Assembly (NCBI GenBank): GCA_965218585.1
Contig: CBDCLE010000002.1
Location: 64,001-128,000 of the forward strand
DNA length: 64,000 bases
From: Terriglobia bacterium
GTDB taxonomy: Bacteria > Acidobacteriota > Terriglobia > 20CM-2-55-15
Reading direction: 5' to 3'
Below, piece after piece: positions 59,762-64,000 of this stretch; position 1 is the first letter of the stretch, and the number at the start of each line of letters is the position of its first letter. Both the position numbers and the translations under genes were made by a program. A model generated the notes under the pieces. That model ran no database searches, was not told the origin of the DNA, and saw only the letters and a list, made by a program, of their open reading frames with translations.

Positions 59762-60517
59762 TCATTTGCGGGCGGTAAGTCCACCGTCGACGGTCAGCAC
59801 CTGACCTGTAAGGTAATTATCCGTTTCCAGGAAGAGACCGATGGCCCGGGCAATATCTAACGGATCTCCGAACCGTGTTACGACTTCCCTGTCGATGAAG
59901 GGATCGTACTTTCCACTGGCGACACTCTTTTCAGCCATTCCTGACGTTGTCACACCCGGGGCGATAACGTTGACGCGAATACGTTTTACACCGCCCCACT
60001 GGTGCGCCAGGATTCGCGCTGCGTGGATCAACGCCGCCTTGGGTGCGGCATAGGTCGTACTTCCCGGAAAAACCCCCACAGCCTGCATCGTAGACACAAA
60101 AACAACACTTGCATCGGTTCCGGCCACCCTGGAGGCGAAATCTCGTGCGAGAAGGACTGGCGCTACGAAATTGATTCGTGTCGCCGCCAGAAGGTCGTCC
60201 TCGGTGGCCTCCTCGATCGGCACCCTGGCAGGTTCACCCACAAGAGGAACGAGCCCGTAAAGGGGCCCTACCGAAGATGCTGCATCTATTAGCCGGGCGC
60301 GCGTTTCCGGATCTAAGACATCGCCCGTAACGATGGGCACCGTCATACCGTGGCGCGACTCGATATCGGCTGCGACGTTCTGGGCTCGCCGAACGTTTCT
60401 GAAACAACCCAGAACGGGCCGCGCACCACGTCTGGCAAGATAATCGGCCAACGTTCGGCCGAGGCCTCCGGAACCACCAGCGAGAATGACCGTCTTACCT
60501 TCCATCGCGAGTGCCAT
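59762..60517 (-). CDS. SDR family oxidoreductase
   Basis: AGGSGGLG, YAAPK, RVNVIAPG, TGQVLTVDGG. Confidence 0.9.
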   Translation of the reverse strand: MALAMEGKTVILAGGSGGLGRTLADYLARRGARPVLGCFRNVRRAQNVAADIESRHGMTVPIVTGDVLDPETRARLIDAASSVGPLYGLVPLVGEPARVPIEEATEDDLLAATRINFVAPVLLARDFASRVAGTDASVVFVSTMQAVGVFPGSTTYAAPKAALIHAARILAHQWGGVKRIRVNVIAPGVTTSGMAEKSVASGKYDPFIDREVVTRFGDPLDIARAIGLFLETDNYLTGQVLTVDGGLTARK

Positions 60518-60553
60518 CGATGCTTCGAAATTGAAAGGCTGGGCGATCGGCGT

Positions 60554-62139
60554 CTACAAACGCATCAACACCGTATCAATGAATCGGGGATCAATCGCCT
60601 TACCCTTCAGGGGTTCGAGTTCTTCCCTGAGCTGGTCGAGCCATCTCGTGGCCCTCGGCCGAAGCTCTTCCGGGAGATCCAGTTCGGGAAAAACGATCCC
60701 TTGAGAAACGAATTGCTCGAGGAGCTCAGCTTCCAACGGCCTCGGATCAAATTCTCCCGTTACCGCAAACCGGATGACCGCCGTGTTGAACGTCTTCCGG
60801 AGCGTCGTATCGGCGGCTGTGAAGATTCGAAGGAAACCCTCCGAAACGACACGAATGTCCTCCATTCGCTCTTGAGAGTTTTCCACGTCCGACATACTTC
60901 GAAAGTTGCGATACTGCCCTTCTTCCCAGAAAAGCGGTTTAAATCTAAGCAGGCCGTCGTAAAACTCCAGTTCGGGACTTTCGAGCAGGTCGGTAGTAAA
61001 AGACGGAAAGCGGGATAGTTGCTCGGCTGTGTCTCTCAAGCCGGCCAACTGGTCGAAACCAATCTTGAAAACACTCTGCACATGATTGGCCGTCAACACA
61101 GCAGGGGCGGCGCTCACTTCACCACCGGAGAGACACTCCAGGCCAATCGTCAGAAAATCCCGCATCTCTCCAAGCGCATCACTCACACCCTCGATCTCAC
61201 CCAGGTTGATGAGATTTGCAGACAGGATCCTGTTCCCCAACGCGGTCAATTCCTGGGCCAGGCGGTCCGATGCGCTCGCCGGAACCGCCCCAAGCGCAGC
61301 CAACAGGAACCCGCCTTCGGAAATCGAATCGGCAAAAACCGTGGGCAGAAATCCTGGGACATCCTCCTCGTCCAAGCCAGAGCTCACGGCTGCGCCAAGG
61401 CTCACGGTGTCTTCCGGGCTCAGGGCATCTTCCGGGCTCAGGGCTGTGTCCGTTCTCGGTCTGGCCAGCGTCTCACCGTTTACAGGTCCTGCATATATTG
61501 ACAGCGCGGTGTAGTAATCAACGAAACCCTGTACATCCAGGCGTCGTATTTTGTTTTGATACGCTGTTTCTTCGAGAACGGTTCGTGTCGTGTAGCGCAC
61601 TCGGCGCAGAAGACTGTATCCGAGGTCAGGGGCGTAGCGGAACAGCGAGTCGAGAATAAGCGACGCGACAGTTGACAGTTCTCCCTTCTCTTCCTGATGG
61701 ACGGCAAAGCGGTTGTCCGGCGAAAACATGAGTTCTGTCGCTGGAGGCGGCTCGTCGCGCTCGATTTCATAAACAGTGATCAAACCCTTCAGGAACAAAG
61801 CGACGACGTCCTCGTCGATTCCGGACAGGGCCCGCACCGTTTCTTCGGGGCCAACCTGGACGAAAGCAGTAACCCACTCCATGAAAGGTTTTCGAACGAA
61901 ACTATCCTTCCTCCAGCAATCCAGGTCGACGAAACCACGGACCTGATCCTCAGTTACATCCCCAATAGTTCTAACGAATCAGAAAGTCCCACGGTTTTGA
62001 CCGTAAAGAAGAGCTGCTCGAACGATGAGGAACGAATCGCATCCCGGGCAGTAGGAAGTGCAAGGAACTCCTCGAGTTCAGCCCTATCCTGTATGCGTAC
62101 GCTTGGACCGGTCAATGGAGAGAGAACATCATCCGACAT
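60554..62139 (-). pseudogene. DUF6178-like protein with one frameshift at ~61957 (could be a sequence error)
   Basis: LFFTVKTVGLSDSLELL joins EDQVRGFVDLDCWRKD after a 1-nt shift; LEE..Y....RL...GF.D. Confidence 0.65.
61410..61444. repeat. In-frame 18-bp tandem duplication (ALSPED x2)
   Basis: TCTTCCGGGCTCAGGGC(A) twice. Confidence 0.8.
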
Positions 62140-62183
62140 CCATTCACTGTAGCACGGGCCGTCGCGTAAGATAGTAAGCCGCC

Positions 62184-64000
62184 ATGGAGCTAGACGGACA
62201 CATCGTTGAATTTCTCGAATCAGGCGCACTCCGTCTGGGATATGTCCGCAAACGGGAGCAGAGGAAGATGCAAGTCATCGACCAGAGGAGCCGTCAATCC
62301 TCGGTGCCCATGTCGCGTGTCGTGATCGTCCACCCTGCGGTTCCCGAAGACGAATTCAAGAGAACGGCTGAGTCCATCCGCCGACGAATCGATGCGATCT
62401 GCTCGGAAATCGACGTCGAACTGCTGTGGGAATCAGTCCAGACAGAGCCGAAGGAGTTCGACACGGAAGAGCTTTCGGAATCCTATTTCGGCCATTCTTC
62501 TCCTGAATCTCAATCTGCAGTATTTCGGAAGCTCACCGAAGGAGGATTGTTTTTCAAACGGAACGGGACGCGCTTCCAGCCCCGCCCCAGACTCCACGTC
62601 GATTCCCAACGGCTACGGATCGCACGAGAGCAGGAAAAAGACGATTTCAGAAAGCGCGTCAGCGAGATTCTGCACGGCGCGATTCAGACAGGTCCACCCA
62701 CCGAGGGTGATGAATGGGAACCGATTTCCGAACGGCTGGAAATATGGCTCCGTCGCAGGGAGCGCGACGAAATCGGAAGCATCCTCGAAGAGCTCGTTGG
62801 CGAAACACGTGCGAAAGAGATCGCTTACGACCTGCTGGCCAAGTCAGGGCGGATCCAGCCCGAAGAAGATCGATTCCTCGTTATGCATGGGATCCCCACC
62901 ATCTTCCCCCTCGAAGTCGTCAAAGCCTCAAACCAGATCGATCCGGATAGAGCCTTTAACGCTCGTGAGGACTGGAGTGGTCCTGTTACATTGGCCATCG
63001 ACGACGATGAAACCGTCGAAGTGGATGACGCTCTCACCGTTTCCGAAGACTCAGACTACGTGAAGATCGGCATTCACATCGCGGATGTAAGCTCATTCGT
63101 AGACAAAGGCGACGCGTTGGATCGTGAGGCATTCAGACGATCAGCAACGATATATCTGCCCAATATCTCGGTCACCATGTTTCCGGAGCGGCTCTCGACC
63201 GATCTAGCCAGTCTCGTCAGAGGAAACGCCAGGCCCGCCTTCAGCGTGGAGGCCCGTTTCAATAGCAACGACGAGCTTGTCGATTCCCGCGTTTTTCGAA
63301 CAACGATCACGGTAACGGATCGGCTTTCCTACGAATCAGCGGACCGCAGGCTGGAGGACGGTGATGCCGCGCTCAGACATCTCTATCGAATAGCCAACCG
63401 ACTTCGGAACGCCCGTTCTCGGGGCGGCGCCCAGACACATCACCGTCCCGAGATCAAGGTTCGTGTGAGGGAGGGAAACGTCAGCGTGCGCAGAATCGAA
63501 GTCGACACACCGTCCCGCCTCATCGTCAGCGAAATGATGATCCTCGCCAACCGACTCGCAGCGGACAGGGCTTCGACATCGGGCATTCCTATAATCTTTC
63601 GAACTCAGGAACGACCATCGGCTTCGCCGCCCGACATCGAAGGACTTCCCGAGCCGATTCAGTTTGAGCTGTTGCGGAGAAGCTTCAAACGTTCTCGACT
63701 GTCCCTATCACCCGGTGCCCATTCCGGGCTCGGCCTGGGAGCTTACACTCAAATGTCGTCGCCTATTCGCAGGTATGCCGATCTCGTCACTCAAAGACAG
63801 TTCGTTGCAGCACTCGGCCAGGATTCCCTGCCGTACGACAGAGAAGAACTGCTCGGTATCATAACGTCTGCAGAAGTGTCTGAATTGGAACTACGCAGAT
63901 TGGAACAAGCCTCGACGACGTATTGGATTCTGACGTATCTATCCAACAAAGCGATGGATAAACCGATGGCGGCGTTCGTCATCGATGGGAAAGGAACTGT
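62184..64000 (+). CDS. RNase II/R family (RNB domain) exoribonuclease, runs off the window
   Basis: Frame from ATG 62184 carries IDDDETVEVDDAL, IHIADV, EMMILAN, HSGLGL..YTQMSSPIRRYADL; absent from the ORF track, consistent with no stop codon in the window. Confidence 0.92.
   Translation, partial: MELDGHIVEFLESGALRLGYVRKREQRKMQVIDQRSRQSSVPMSRVVIVHPAVPEDEFKRTAESIRRRIDAICSEIDVELLWESVQTEPKEFDTEELSESYFGHSSPESQSAVFRKLTEGGLFFKRNGTRFQPRPRLHVDSQRLRIAREQEKDDFRKRVSEILHGAIQTGPPTEGDEWEPISERLEIWLRRRERDEIGSILEELVGETRAKEIAYDLLAKSGRIQPEEDRFLVMHGIPTIFPLEVVKASNQIDPDRAFNAREDWSGPVTLAIDDDETVEVDDALTVSEDSDYVKIGIHIADVSSFVDKGDALDREAFRRSATIYLPNISVTMFPERLSTDLASLVRGNARPAFSVEARFNSNDELVDSRVFRTTITVTDRLSYESADRRLEDGDAALRHLYRIANRLRNARSRGGAQTHHRPEIKVRVREGNVSVRRIEVDTPSRLIVSEMMILANRLAADRASTSGIPIIFRTQERPSASPPDIEGLPEPIQFELLRRSFKRSRLSLSPGAHSGLGLGAYTQMSSPIRRYADLVTQRQFVAALGQDSLPYDREELLGIITSAEVSELELRRLEQASTTYWILTYLSNKAMDKPMAAFVIDGKGT

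Overview
GC-rich bacterial chromosomal window. The gene repertoire (DUF6152-type proteins, kinase/propeller remnants, DUF6178) suggests an uncultured Acidobacteriota-like organism, but that is inference. It has three zones. (1) 1-16.2 kb: housekeeping and repair genes (DnaQ-like exonuclease, Dna2-like nuclease-helicase, UDG), interrupted by a complete IS1-family element carrying a toxin-antitoxin pair (20-bp perfect TIRs, 8-bp TSD) and a complete IS21 element, ending at tRNA-Leu(CAA). (2) 16.2-47.8 kb: a decaying genomic island starting with a dead tyrosine integrase, with IS3, IS701 and IS256 elements and many cargo genes. Its right half (30.8-47.7 kb) is punctuated by 12 copies (plus one degenerate copy at 23.2 kb) of a ~40-bp imperfect palindrome, TTCTCAACGTCCGA(G/C)AA-N6-TT..(C/G)AGGAC(T/C)TGA, with tyrosine-recombinase core-site geometry. 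These delimit 1-3-gene modules, several still framed by the promoter, first codons and last codons of one Ser/Thr kinase gene family whose interior has been replaced by unrelated cargo (including a selenocysteine peroxiredoxin with SECIS, a B3 metallo-beta-lactamase, SoxCD and Pcm). This candidate cassette/gene-capture array is the most novel signal; its function is inferred, not shown. (3) 47.9-64 kb: core-like genes (YprA/YprB-like helicase and exonuclease, PepA, QueD, LigD, GT2, SDR, RNase II) plus two tiny ORFs sharing a Gly-rich C-terminal peptide. No CRISPR array or rRNA seen.
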